The notes below the pieces were generated by a model. The model was not told where the DNA came from, did not search any database, and worked only from the letters and a program-made list of their open reading frames with translations. A stretch of 64,000 nt of DNA, taken from Balanoglossus misakiensis (taxonomy: Eukaryota > Animalia > Hemichordata). The stretch covers positions 5,314,831-5,378,830 of the forward strand of contig CM082578.2 in the NCBI GenBank assembly GCA_040954595.2, in the 5' to 3' direction. A program made the position numbers and the translations under genes. Below are positions 50,993 through 64,000 of the stretch, in pieces (position 1 is the stretch's first letter; each line of letters opens with the position of its first letter).

Positions 50993-53900
50993 CCTGACCC
51001 CCGCCATAGTCAACTTATCGTCATCTTTCAGAAAACAAACCCACACGACTTTTTCCACATTTGTTCGCAATGTTTAACCTGAAGACAATGGAAAATGATG
51101 TACACTTGGTATAAAATTAAGCGGGAAAATAGAGAAAAAAATGGATGAAAGCGTCAAAGAGTTTCATGCACCACATTTTGAAAGAGAAAGTGTGACGTTC
51201 AAAGGGTTGACATGTTTATATTTGGAAAGGGGTAGAAACTCCACTATATCCAGGCTGAATCCATTGGTATTGTAATTTAGTTTTCTTCTCGATTTTGTTT
51301 TTCCCTTTCTAACTTACACCTCGCATAAACCGGAGTTTGGGTTGTAGAACAGATTATAACCCAAAATATATGTAAATACACTTTATAATGTTAATCGCGA
51401 CTCTATGACAATGCTAGTAATCACTTTTCGCACATGTATACAAGTTATGAGACGGACATATGTGTTGATAACATTTTGGCCATGAGTGTCAGTTGAAATG
51501 TTTCAGTTCAGACTTCTTTTCTCGGGCGTATTTTATTATATGTACTAGAAAGCTTACAGTAATATGCATTGACGAATTGTTGAAGATTTTCAAACGAAAG
51601 TCTTGATCATTCACCGTGCAAATCCACGCGTGTGTTACTACTGTATGTTACCTTGAAGTCGCGATGTCTATTTCTGTAAGTAAGTGAATTGAATACGAGT
51701 GTACACACGCCCTCCATCAACCACCTGTTGCGCACGCGCAATGATCCTGGTCCTTTCGCGGAACGCCACTTCTCGGTACATGTACACTGCAGAGAGGATT
51801 TCCGTGGAACTGACCCAATTACTCATGCGAGTCTATAAATAGATACGACATTGTTGAGCACACAATACTGTATGCTGTACCAGCGTTCGGATGACATGGA
51901 TGCTTACAGTTAGACTTGCTCCAAGTCTATGGGCTTCATTATGTGTAGGGAACGCGTAGGCCCATATTTGGCTTTGTCGACGCTACCCGAAACAACAAGC
52001 TCAGTCCCAAATTCGATACTCACCTCATTACCAAAAACACGCTCAAGTAAAGCATGCACGCAAAAGTATTGCAATTATTTATTAAGACAAAAAAACACCG
52101 AAAACACAAAAAGTAATGAGATTTAAAAATCGCCAAGCGACTAGTGGGCTAGTCTAGCTTACAGTCAATAATAATTAATTACGACAAAACTGATATCGCA
52201 CAGTTACTAGAAGTACGTTCAGCAAAGTTATCATGGCTATACCATTCGATCACGGTTACTAGTAACCGTGATTCGATCCTGCGCGGTACATTACAAAAGG
52301 GATTTTTTTTATAGAAAAGATTGCTTCCATAACGATTGTGAGACTGAATATATTCCTCAGAATTGTTGATGCTCACTTTGTTCTGATTGTGACGTTGCAC
52401 TAAACTGGGATTTCGTTGACATAAACTTGGCGCAACGAATCAGTTGCTTCGCCCAAAAGTACGATTTGCATTATTTTTGCCTTTAGCCTAATGTTCTAAA
52501 TACATGCACACCCATCGCATGAGAATAAAGCGTGAGTTCAAAGTTTACTCGACGTTCTTCACAATGTAGTTTGACGATAATTAAATGACAATGTAGACGA
52601 ATGCACGAATCACGACAGTACAAAGGTAAATCTAGTCTGATTATTTTGTATTCATGATTTATTACCTGTCTCTGTTTAGTTGCTTAGCATTGTGTTTCTC
52701 TTCGGGGGAACTGAAGTATGTGACATACGCCCTCTGTTGGCCTGGTTCGCGAATGTAAACAAGACAGGGAAGCAATGGGACTGCAGAGAACCGCATTTAC
52801 CTTCAGCCTAAAAAATTATAAAAAAAAATATTCGTTCGCCGCTCCTGGAACTAGGTCCAAAAAATCCGATGAACAAGAATTTTTTTTTCGCTCTGGCCTT
52901 ATAATCTTTTAAACGTCACTTCCTGGTAATATCCTTGGCTGGCATATCTCAGGGACTATTTGTGACACAAATATGAAATATGCCTTCTGTGGTCAGGAAT
53001 GGCTGGGCAAAGCGGTGATATCGCCTTTGCGCTCAACACAATGATAGTAACTGATAAAAACTGTCAAAATGAATCAATTAATATTGGTTGATGAGAATTT
53101 TTCTTGAGTGTTACACAACAACATTTGAAATAGGCCTTCTCTGTTCTGTCGTGGCCAAATGAAGTGGGCAGCGGGTGATTGCAGAACGTACTGCTTTCTG
53201 CAACAGGTGCCGACTCGCAACAGGTGGTTGCATCACTGTCTCTGAAATAGTTCTGTAACATGAATATGTATAAGAAATGCTCGATATGAATAAACGTTGC
53301 TTACACACCGTATCATTATGCATGTCTGAGAATTTAAGTAATTGTTGTACCATTCTTTGGACAAGTTTCTCTGCGGGACAGTGTCCAAACATGGAACCAC
53401 GTCAGATCACCGCTTGAGGGCGTAGTACAGCACACCCAACACAGTTAAAACAGACATGGACGAAATACGCAGATGGAGGTACTATATAATTGGCAAGCCC
53501 GCCCACCAAAATATAATCAGTTCTTGCCATTTGCAAACTGAACCAGCGTACCAAATTTAACTTGAATCCGTCCAGCCGTTCTTGAGATATCATGCACACA
53601 GACAGACAGACAGACAGATACACACACACACATACACTCACACACACACACACAAGTTAACATACACAAGGCTTTTATTTTTGTATCAAAATTATAGAAT
53701 TGTAATTTAATGCAAAGTATAATCATTGTGACAACAAACATTTTCAGGTTTCCATGAAATTACAGTACACATGTTCAACATGTAGGCATCCAGTGGTATC
53801 AATACATATAATCATACTTGACTCAGTAGCCCAAACCTATGTACTTTTAGAACATGTGTGGCACCAATTACAGAAATGTACAAAGCATATAAAACATTTT

Positions 53901-54530
53901 TGTCATTGCCTCTAAGTAAATAATATAAAACCTGCATCCTAAATAATGTCTTTCATCGTGGCTTTCAAAAGAAACTATCACCTTGCCTCGCAAAGCAAAA
54001 ATTGTGCTGTGGGAGGTAAGTACTAATACAAATGAGAAAATTGACTTTCCTGCACATACAATAAGTTTCATTCAAAATGTAAATTGTCACAGATATTTTA
54101 CTGAACATATCTAATGATAAAGAAGAGTCCAAATATATTGACATATATCACATCTGAATGTAGCAATTCTAATATCAAATGGGAGTACATTGTCATTGAA
54201 ACTAGTTATTTCATCACATTAACTTATCATATACATTGGAAATATAACAGGGATTCATAAATTTCGGTCTAGCCATGAAGGTTAAAATGATGTGTTGTTT
54301 TGCCATCCTCTTAACAAGTAAACAAGATTATACTTCAACCAAGTTGAAGTATTTGAATCACTTTCAACAAATTTAACAGGGTCAATAACATGATTGTTCC
54401 TTTTATAGTCAGACAAAAATGGAAATTTTAATGGAGCAGCATTTCATGGTCATGTTATCTTTACCTGAATAACCTGTCATCTATACCTACACTGTATATC
54501 ATTTACTTCTGGGTTCCAGTGGGAATGTAT

Positions 54531-57500
54531 TTACACTTTGTTGGCCATGGGTTTCTGTATGGTGATATTATGAATACGATTCAACTGGGATGCTGTGTCA
54601 GGCCAAATGACACTTTCAGACATGTGTGAAATAAACTTATCATTAATATTAGCTGATAATAACGTCAAAAGGTTGCAACAGACATCACAGGTAAAGTCCT
54701 TTTCTCTGATATCAGGCGGGTAGAAAACGTTTCCAAAGTCATTAAATCTGAATGTGATTTTTTTCAATCCAGTACGGCCATGCTGCATTAATTGGTATGT
54801 TGGTAATAACAAATCGGTCCCTATCAGCTTCTGGTTTGGTAAATCGACTGGCACAACATCATTTATTATTTTAGTAAAACTCAAGGTGATTTTCTCTAAA
54901 GTTGCATTGAGAGAAAATGCCTGTACTAGGGATTCAAGTGTAACCTTTGCGGACTGGCATTCACTCATGTTGTCCTGTACCAAACATTTCAATATTTTTA
55001 AATGCCTGTTTTTTTTGATTAGTTCATTTATACAAGCAATATCACCAAGTCTTACTGACAGCTCGAGTTCTTGAAATGTGGTGTTTGTCACCATACTATC
55101 AAGCAAGTTTGACGACAAATTCTTCCTTGCTTGACATATACTCTCAATCATTCCGTCAAAACATAGACTAAGGGCTTTCAGATTATGGCTGGGTAGCTGC
55201 ACTGCACTGACTAATGCCTCGTAATATTGCCTTTCATTGGCACAGTATACCCAAGAATCAATGTGGTACAAAGCTAATTTGCTTGTGTTCTGGCAAGATT
55301 GAATGAAGTCGGCCACTTTCGCCAGCTCTGACAAACCGCCCATATTAACCACAATGAGTTCTTTAGGTCCACTGATTTTCAGGGATTCATATGGAATGAC
55401 ATCTGTGACACAGTTGTTTCTTGTAATTAATACTAATGACAATGTAGTAATGCATTTGTTTCTCCCACAGGTTTCAATGAAATTTCTAAAAACTGCATGT
55501 CTTTCATCACTATTGGTTATCACCTCAACATTTAATTTCTGTACTGCAGCCGTTTTTAGCAATGCTGTCTTCAAAATTTCCAGCTTATGTATGCTCACAC
55601 TGTCAGAGATTTTTACAACGAGCCATTTTAAAGAGATGAGATTTTTCTCCAACACATCTGCTAAGAGAAATAATTGATTTGTGTTCATTTCGTTAATTTC
55701 AATACTAAGACAATGATCAATTTTAGGTTCACTTTGCCTTCTGTTGTCGTATTTTAAAATATCCAATACCACATCAATAAAAGAGTGGTTGGATATCTCA
55801 AGACAACAGGAATCTTCATTTGAAACAAAGAACATGTCAGGTTTTACTCCATAGGCCAGACACATGTTTATACACATCAAATACCACATTTCTTTCTTAA
55901 AAAAGAAGGGTACAATAAACCTGATGAAGTCAAAATAAATGACACTCTCATGCAACAAGCTAACACATATATCAAGTATCATTGAAATGCTGTAACATTC
56001 AGCATTGCCATTACATAGTGTTTCACTCCCCACCCTTCCAAACGCTTCAAACAGAGGACCTGCCTTGGCTTGAAGTTGGCCAGCTACAAACAACAGGACC
56101 TGGAAACCTTTTTGGACATCTTCAAGCAAGTGATGGAAGTCTGTAAACGAATTACACTCCCTAACACACTGGGCAATGTGCAGTGCAGCAAAATACTCCT
56201 GCCATGTTTTGTGACAGAAGAAACACAGGTTCCTTGGTTTCGAGCGTGAAATCCCGCAATCCCGAACAAGCAACCCTAAAGACAATAGTGATTCCGATTG
56301 TCCACGTATGTCTGACTCATTTATCAGTATCTTACCCTCTTTTAAATTAACATATGCAATACATGCTAACTTATTCACTTCATTCATGACATGGCTTGGG
56401 ACTTCTCCGTCAGCAAGACTGATCTCCATCTTTGTACAGTACCTTTTCAAGATGCTCTGCAACATTTCAGAGTACAACTCGGTCACTCTGGTTGGAAAAA
56501 CGTCTCCAATTTGATGGTCCTCCCAGAGTACACACAACAAAGTTACGTGTAGCGGATTACAGAGGATACCACTGAAACTGAGTGTGCCTACACCACGTAA
56601 TCTCGACATCAATTCATAAACTTTCATTTCATTCTGTTTGAAGTACTTTAGCATGTAAGCTTCAGTATCATAATCTGTAAAGCCTTGCACCTGGTAATGC
56701 AAGTCACAATCTTTCAGCTGCCTATCACATTCATGGGGCCTTGTAGTGACAACCACTGCACTACCTAACAGTAATTTCTTGGCAATAATTCTACTCATCT
56801 CCGAATTCTCCTTCATACCGCTATCCATCTCATCTAAGCCATCGCAGACAATCAAAATAGACTCTTTATTCTCTGATAAAAACTTCCAAAGCTCATCTTT
56901 TGAAATTTTCGCATCATCTGGAAGCAACTGATCGAATATAGTGGCTGATATGGATGACTTGTCCATATGCCTTGCCTCTAGTAAAAACACCAATTTGAAC
57001 TGGTCTAACTTTCCACAAGCCCAATCATAGGCTACTTTCCTGCAAAACATAGATTTGCCCATAGCTGGTGCTCCTTCAATTCTGATTATTTTTGCTTTCT
57101 GCCCACTTCCAGATAATCCCAAAATTTCACTTTCAGAAATAGTCTTGGCCTGTTGAGAGTTTACGTTTTCTTTTATGACTTTACCCCGTTCATCAACTTC
57201 GACTACTTGTAGCCGTGTATACACATCACTCAGATAGAGGGAGAAGTTGTCATTCCAAGGTAAAGGTTGGAACTTGATGAAATGCTCTTTGTATAAATCT
57301 TTGAGGTGCTGTACCAGCCATTCAACTCCACACGAAGTCTCTATAAAACAGCAACAAAAATAATAAATATTTTACTTGTATGGGACTGAACCAAACTAAG
57401 CACCATCAAGAAGACACTGCGAAAATGTTTTTAGATCAAAAATATATGTGTATCCCTTCAAATATGTAAAACCTTTTACGTAAAGGTAAGATTTTCCGCT

Positions 57501-58731
57501 TTGATGTATAATTATTGATAAGAAGATATAAAGTACCTGATTGACATGTACCGGTTGATCTGTGCATGAACTTCTCAACTTTTTCCATCAGATCAACTCT
57601 TCCTACTGACTTTAACAAGTCTCTCAACATCTCAGTGTTAGATTGTGTTATACAACCATGTTTAACCATGGCCATGAACAGGTCAAAAGGATCCTTTAAC
57701 TTTTCAAGTCTTCCACCGGGGATTTTGTCAATGCATCGATCTTTCATTCTCTTGAAAGTATCTGAAAATTAACCAGAAAAGATAACTGCCGATGACAAAT
57801 TCTAAATTTGTCTGCTGTATGATAGTGCTGGAAATAGGAAGGTCAAATAGGGCCTGTGACCAACAGTAGTGCGAGTGTTGTTACAGGTGACTGTTTCTAT
57901 GACTTAGAAAAGGAGGAATTTTGGCATTGAATGGGTGGTATCGATGCTGATCTGTTGATTCAATTTTGCCTTTGTGTGAGTTAAGGCAATGATCTTCTGG
58001 ACTTCGAAATGCGATTGTGCCGTGACCTTTTTGACAGGTATTCAATCACCTTTACGGTACCAGTGGTTCCGCTTGTTTACAGAGTAAACATACCGTGACT
58101 GTTATCGGTAAGCACTGTAATCCGTTTGCTCAAATATGGTTAAAGAATTCGGATAATGGAAGATTACAAACAACAGGTTCAATTTCTACAATCACATCGG
58201 AGACAAAATTTGCTGCTCTACCACGAATAACGCAATGTACTCGTCCCCAAAACAACCATTTACCGTCGAAAGAAGCAAAGTGCGCACGTGCTAGTTACAT
58301 ATGGATAATTGTTAACAACTTTATTACATATTAACAGCGCACTTTGGGAAATGTAGTAGAACAAATGATATGCTCATTTAATTTAGGATATTATGTTTTT
58401 ATTTGTTAAAGTGTAAATGTGCATGTCGCCAAGGAGATCAAATTGTCATAACAGGGTTATCGCTAGTTATCAAAAAGCGCTATAAACCCTAGAAATTTCA
58501 AGTTCATTCACTGATGCGAAACACCAGTTTAAAGTTTCTCCCCGTACTGGTTTATACAGCTAACAGACGTATATAACTGTGTAATTGCAAGCATTGCCAG
58601 CGATAAAACACCTTACCATCAGTTACTTCATCTGCAATATTGGCCAAAAAATCAACAAACGGGTCTATTTTCTGTCTCTTGTTATCTGACTTATCACCTT
58701 CCTCCTGACTACTTCCTTGTGCCTCCGCCAT
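54531..58731 (-). CDS. NLR: DED - NACHT - degenerate LRR
   Basis: Exons 58731-58617, 57761-57552 (or 57537) and 57340-54531. The FADD-like DED reads DPFVDFLANIADEV...DLF...TEMLRDLLKSVGRVDL (RxDL). Walker A GAPAMGKS, Walker B ILIVCDGLDE, sensor-1 VVTTRP, NPL and FCHKTWQEYFAA are present, followed by LxxLxL-type repeats. Confidence 0.93.
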
Positions 58732-61700
58732 GATGGAATGGATGACATTTAACCTCAGTATACTGCCAGCAAGTGTCCGTCGTTAAAAATCTTTCCTTTT
58801 CTCACGTTTTTGTATTCGTTTACGCGTGTATGTCGTCTCTGTGTTTATGTCTCTCTTTTCAGGCGCCAGTATTCACGTGTACATTGTATGATCGACTATA
58901 TTGCGACGTTTCATCGCTAGTCAAAAAAAGCGGTGTTAAGAGAGAGTCGTTCCTTTAGGCCACTCTGATATACATGTAGGCCTACCGCAGAATAAACAGC
59001 ATCACATATGCATCTGAAAATAACTGGTGTATGACGCAGAAGCTGTTTTCTGTTGTTATTGCATAATATGTTCCGTCAACTTTCGCAAAGCGTCTTGATT
59101 TTTCGTGTGACAGTGATGCGGCAGCGATGACGCAAACTGGAAACGGTCTTTGATTGACCAAAATATCACAATTATTGTTATGCAAAGTGAGGTCATTGGT
59201 CAGGTCTCCCAGTCCTGTGAATCAGAATCGCGATATTGCATCGTAATACGAGAAATGTTTGATGAAAGCGAACAATTATTGTAAACTTGGAGATACGCAT
59301 ACAGTGACAATTACTTTCCGATTCACCTGTCGACAGTTGGATGGATAGCAAAATGTAAACGTGCCCCAAAATTCAAAAATCATCACGTTTCGCAGATCGT
59401 AATACTCGGCCTTACATACAGAAAGTAGTTCCATGTTATCGTTAATTTCCACAAGGGCCCTTTGAATGAACACTGTTAAGGAAATGTCGGCTAGGATCAT
59501 TTGCTTCAATTCTCAACAACGATCTGCATACATGTATGATCTATACACTTTTATCACAGCAAGGAAGCATTATACTATATGGCGGTTGACGTTTTTGGCT
59601 TGTTAACCAAAATCAACGGGAAAAGCTCACATTTTACAGTTACTAGTACCTTGTAAGTACGTTCAGCAAAGTTATCGTGGCTATACCGTCCAATCCTGCG
59701 CGGTACATTGCAAAAAAAAACTAAAATAAGGGAATTTTGTTAAAGAAAAGATTGCCTCCATAACGATTGTTAGACTTAATATATTCCTCAGAATTGTTGA
59801 TGCTCACTTTGTTCTGATTGTGATGTTGCACTAAACAAGGCTTTCGTTGACATGAACTTGGCGCAACGAATCGGTTGCTTCGCCCAAAAGTACGATCGGC
59901 AATATTTTTGCCTTTAGCCTAATGTTCTAAATACATGTACACCCATCGCATGAGAATAAAGCGTGAGTTCAAAGTTTACTCGACGTTCTTCTCATTGTAT
60001 TTTGACGATAGTTAAATGACAATGTAGACGAATGCACGAATCACGACAGTACAAAGGTAAATCTAGTCTGATTATTTTGTATTCATGATTTATTACCTGT
60101 CTCTGTTTAGTTGCTTAGCATTGTGTTTCTCTTCGGGGGAACTGAAGTATGTGACATACGCCCTCTGTTGGCCTGGTTCGCGAATGTAAACAAGACAGGG
60201 AAGCAATGGGACTGCAGAGAACCGCATTTACCTTCAGCCTAAAAAATATAATAAATATATTCGCTCGCCGCTCCTGGATCTAGGTCCAAAAAATCCGATG
60301 AACAATATTTTTTTTCTCTCTCTGGCCTTAAGATCTTTTAAGCGTCACTTCCTGGTTATATCCTTGGCTGGCATATCTCAGGGACTATTTGTGACACAAA
60401 TATGAAATATTGCCTTCTGTGGTCATGAATGGCTGGGCAAAGCGGTGATATCAGATGCCTTCTGCTTAATACTTCTGCACCGACGCGCGCCATGTAAAAT
60501 ATAGAGAACCATCGAAACAGATGTGGCTCTCTACCTGCAGTAACCGTTATCGTTCACGAAGTATAGGATCCACCGGGAGCCGCGTTTGTCCTCAACACAA
60601 TGATAGTAACTGATAAAAACTGTCAAAATGAATCAATTAATATTGGTTGATGAGAATTTTGCTTGAGTGTTACACAACAACATTTGAAATAGGCCTTCTC
60701 TGTTATGTCGTGGCCAAATGAAGTGGGCAGCGGGTGATTGCAGAATCTATCGCTTTCTGCAACACGTGCCGACTCGCAACAGGTGGTTGCATCACTTTCT
60801 CTGAAATAGTTCTGTAACATGACTATGTATAAGAAATGCTCGATATGAATAAAGGTTGCTTACACAAAGTATCATATGCATGTCTGAGAATTTAAGTAAT
60901 TGTTGTACCATTCTTTGGACAAGTTTCTCTGCGGGACAGTGTCCAAACATGGAATCACGTCAGATTACCGCTTGAGGGCGCAGTACAGCACACCCAACAC
61001 AGTAAAAACAGACATGGACGAAATACGCAGATGAAGGCACTATATAATTGGCAAGCCCGCCCAACAAAATCTAATCAGTTCGTACCATTTGGAAACTGAA
61101 CCAGCGTACCAAATTTGACTTGAATCCGTCCAGCCATTCTTGAGATATCATGCACACAGACAGACAGACAGACAGGCAGACAGACAGACAAACAGACAGA
61201 CATACACAGACACACAAACACACACACACACACACACACTAACACACACATACAAGTTAACATACACAAGGCTATTATTATTGTATCAAAATTATAGAAT
61301 TGTAATTTAATGCAAAGTATAATCATTGTGACAACAAACATTTTCTGGTTTCCATGAAATTACAGTACAAATGTTCAAAATGTTGGCATCCAGTGGCATC
61401 AATACATATAATTATACTTGGCTCAAGAGCCCAAACCTATGTACTTTTAGAACATGTGTGGCACCAATTACAGAAATGTACAAAGCATATAAAAACATTT
61501 TTGTCATTTCTTCTAAGTAAATAATATATATAAACGTGCACCCTAAATAATGTCTTTCATTGTGGCCTTCAAAAGAAACTATCACCTTGCCTCGCAAAGC
61601 AAAAATTGTGCTGTGGGAGGTAAGTACTAATACAAATGAGAAAATTGACTTTCCTGCACATACAATAAGTTTCATTCAAAATATAAAATGTAACAGATAT

Positions 61701-62135
61701 TTTACTGAACATATCTAATTATAAAGAAGAGTCCAAATATATTGACATATGTCACATCTGAATGTAGCAATTCTTATCAAATGGGAGTAAATTGTCATTG
61801 AAGCTAGTTATTTCATCACATTAACTTATCATATACATTGGAAATATAATAGGGATTCAGAAATATTCGGTCTAGCCATGAAGGTTAAAATAATGTGTTG
61901 TTTTGCCATCCTCTAAACCAGTAAACAAGATTATACTTCAACCAAGTTGAAGTATTTGAATCACTTTCAACAAATTTAACAGGGTCAATAACATGATTGT
62001 CCCTTATATAGTCAGACAAAAATGGAAATATTAATGGAGCAGCATTTCATGGTCATGTTATCTTTACCTGAATCACCTGCCATCTATATCTACACTGTAT
62101 ATCATTTACACTTCTGGGTTACAGTGGGAATGTAT

Positions 62136-64000
62136 TTATACTTTGTTGGCCATGGGCTTATGTATGGTGATATTATGAATAAGATCCTTCTGGGATGGTG
62201 GGTCAGGCCAAATGATCTTTTCAGAGATGTGTGATATAAACTTATCATTGATATCAGCTGACAATAACATCAAAAGGTTGTAACAGACATTACAGGTAAA
62301 GTCCTTTTCTCTGATATCAGGCGGGCCTACCAAAGCTCCCCAGATACATGTATCAAATCTGAATGTGATTTCTTTCAATCCAGTACGGCCATGCTGCATT
62401 AATTGGTATGTTGGTAATAACAAATCGGACCCTATCATCTCCTGGTTACGCATTATAGTAAAACACAAGGTGATTTTCTCTAAAGTTGCATTGAGAGAAA
62501 ATGCCTCTACTAGGGATTTAAGTGTCACCTTTGCGGACTGGCATTCACTCATTTCGTCCTGTACCCAACATTTCAATGTTTTTAAATGCCTGTTTGTTTT
62601 GATGAGTTCACTTATACAAGCAATATCACCAAATCTTACTGACAGCTCGAGTTCTTGAAATGTGGTGTTTATCATCATACTATCAAGAAGGTTTGACGAC
62701 ATATTCTTCCTTGCTTGACATACATATTCTGCCATTCCTTCAAAAGATAGAGTAAGGGCTTTCAGATTATGGCTGGGTAGCTGCACTGCACTGACTAATG
62801 CCTTGTAACATTGCCTGTCTTTGGCATGATCTCCCATAGAAACAATGTCGTACCAAGCTAATTTGCTAGTGTTCTGGCAAGTTTTAATGAAGTCGGCCAT
62901 TTTCGCCAGCTCTGACAAACTGCCAATACTAACCACAATAAGTTCTTTAGGTCCACTGATTTTCAGGGATTCATATGGAATGACATGTGTGACACATCTG
63001 TTTGTACGTAATACTAATGACAATGTAGTAATGCATTTGTTTCTCCCACAGGTTTCAATGAAATTTCTAAAAACTGCATGTCTTTCATCACTACTGATTA
63101 TCACATCAACATTTAATTTCTGTACTGCAGCCGTTTTTTGCAATGCTGTCTGCAAAATTTCCAGCTCCTGTTTGCTCACTCTGTCAGAGATATCTACAAC
63201 GAGCCATTTTAAAGAGATAAGATTTTTCTTCAACACATCTGCTAAGAGATATAATTGCTTTGTGTTCATTTCGTCAATTTCAATATGAAGACAATGATCA
63301 ATTTTAGGTTCACTTTGCCTTCTGTTATCGTATATTAAAATATCCAATACCACACCAATAAAAGCCTGGCTGGATATATAAAGACAACAGGAATCTTCAT
63401 TTGAAACAAAGAAAATGTCAGGTCTAGATCTTACATCATAGGCCAGATACATCTTTAAAGACGTCAAATAACACATTTCTTTCTTTAAAAAGAAGGGCAC
63501 AATAAACCTGATAAAGTCACAATAATTGACACTCTCATGCAACAAGCTAACACATCTACGAAGATTCGTTGCAATGCTGTAACAATCAGCATTGTCATTA
63601 CATAGTGTTTCACTCCCCACCCTTCCGAACGCTTCAAACAGAGGACCTGCATTGGCTCGAAGTTGGCCAGCTACAAACAACAGGACCTGGAAACTTTTTT
63701 CGACATCTTCAAGCAAGTGATGGAAGTCTGTAAACGAATTACACTCCCTAACACACTGGGCAATGTGCCGTGCAGCAAAATACTCCTGCCATGATTTGTG
63801 ACAGAAGAAACACAGCTTCCTTGGTTTCGCGCGTGAAATCCCACAATCCCGAACAAGCAACCCTAAAGACAATAGTGATTCTGATTGTCCACGTATGTCT
63901 GACTCATTAATCAGCATCTTACCCTCTTTTAAATTATCATATGCAATACATGCTAACTTATTCACTTCATTCATGACTTGGCTTGGGACTTCTCCTTCAA
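62136..64000 (-). CDS. Second NLR paralog (winged-helix/HD2/LRR part; 5' part outside the window)
   Basis: Open frame collinear with the first NLR (FCHKSWQEYFAA ... KPMANKV). Confidence 0.9.
   Translation of the reverse strand, partial: EGEVPSQVMNEVNKLACIAYDNLKEGKMLINESDIRGQSESLLSLGLLVRDCGISRAKPRKLCFFCHKSWQEYFAARHIAQCVRECNSFTDFHHLLEDVEKSFQVLLFVAGQLRANAGPLFEAFGRVGSETLCNDNADCYSIATNLRRCVSLLHESVNYCDFIRFIVPFFLKKEMCYLTSLKMYLAYDVRSRPDIFFVSNEDSCCLYISSQAFIGVVLDILIYDNRRQSEPKIDHCLHIEIDEMNTKQLYLLADVLKKNLISLKWLVVDISDRVSKQELEILQTALQKTAAVQKLNVDVIISSDERHAVFRNFIETCGRNKCITTLSLVLRTNRCVTHVIPYESLKISGPKELIVVSIGSLSELAKMADFIKTCQNTSKLAWYDIVSMGDHAKDRQCYKALVSAVQLPSHNLKALTLSFEGMAEYVCQARKNMSSNLLDSMMINTTFQELELSVRFGDIACISELIKTNRHLKTLKCWVQDEMSECQSAKVTLKSLVEAFSLNATLEKITLCFTIMRNQEMIGSDLLLPTYQLMQHGRTGLKEITFRFDTCIWGALVGPPDIREKDFTCNVCYNLLMLLSADINDKFISHISEKIIWPDPPSQKDLIHNITIHKPMANKV

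Larger units (their letters stand above)
52201..64000. repeat. Tandem duplication of the NLR locus (~7.5-kb period; copy 2 starts ~59637 and runs off the window)
   Basis: 52201-56410 aligns with 59637-64000, including non-coding flanks; copy 2 has a ~130-bp insertion at ~60453-60582. Confidence 0.92.

Overview
AT-rich, intron- and transposon-rich animal genomic DNA, probably from a marine invertebrate (ambulacrarian-like; inferred, not proven). Exon-by-exon reading gives seven genes. (1) A minus-strand CARD-coiled-coil-ZU5-ZU5-UPA (PIDD1-like) gene that runs off the left edge. (2) A paralogous minus-strand CARD-coiled-coil-death-domain gene (RAIDD/CRADD-like architecture, 369 aa). (3) A ~27-exon membrane-anchored VWDE-like gene with three unrecognised N-terminal repeats. 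(4) A 95-aa stand-alone ZCCHC24-type 3CxxC zinc finger. (5) An intronless TREX1/2-like DEDDh exonuclease. (6) A DED-NACHT-LRR NLR gene. (7) Its tandem copy, cut by the right edge; the two copies differ mainly at predicted LRR surface positions. Together these look like an innate-immunity/cell-death island. The window also holds a ~4.2-kb tandem duplication with a 5'-truncated RTE-X-like LINE and a spare death-domain exon, a 3.6-kb foldback transposon whose empty sites are visible in the window, a Gypsy remnant whose LTR abuts a CARD exon, and many MITEs. All gene models are manual and have no transcript support.
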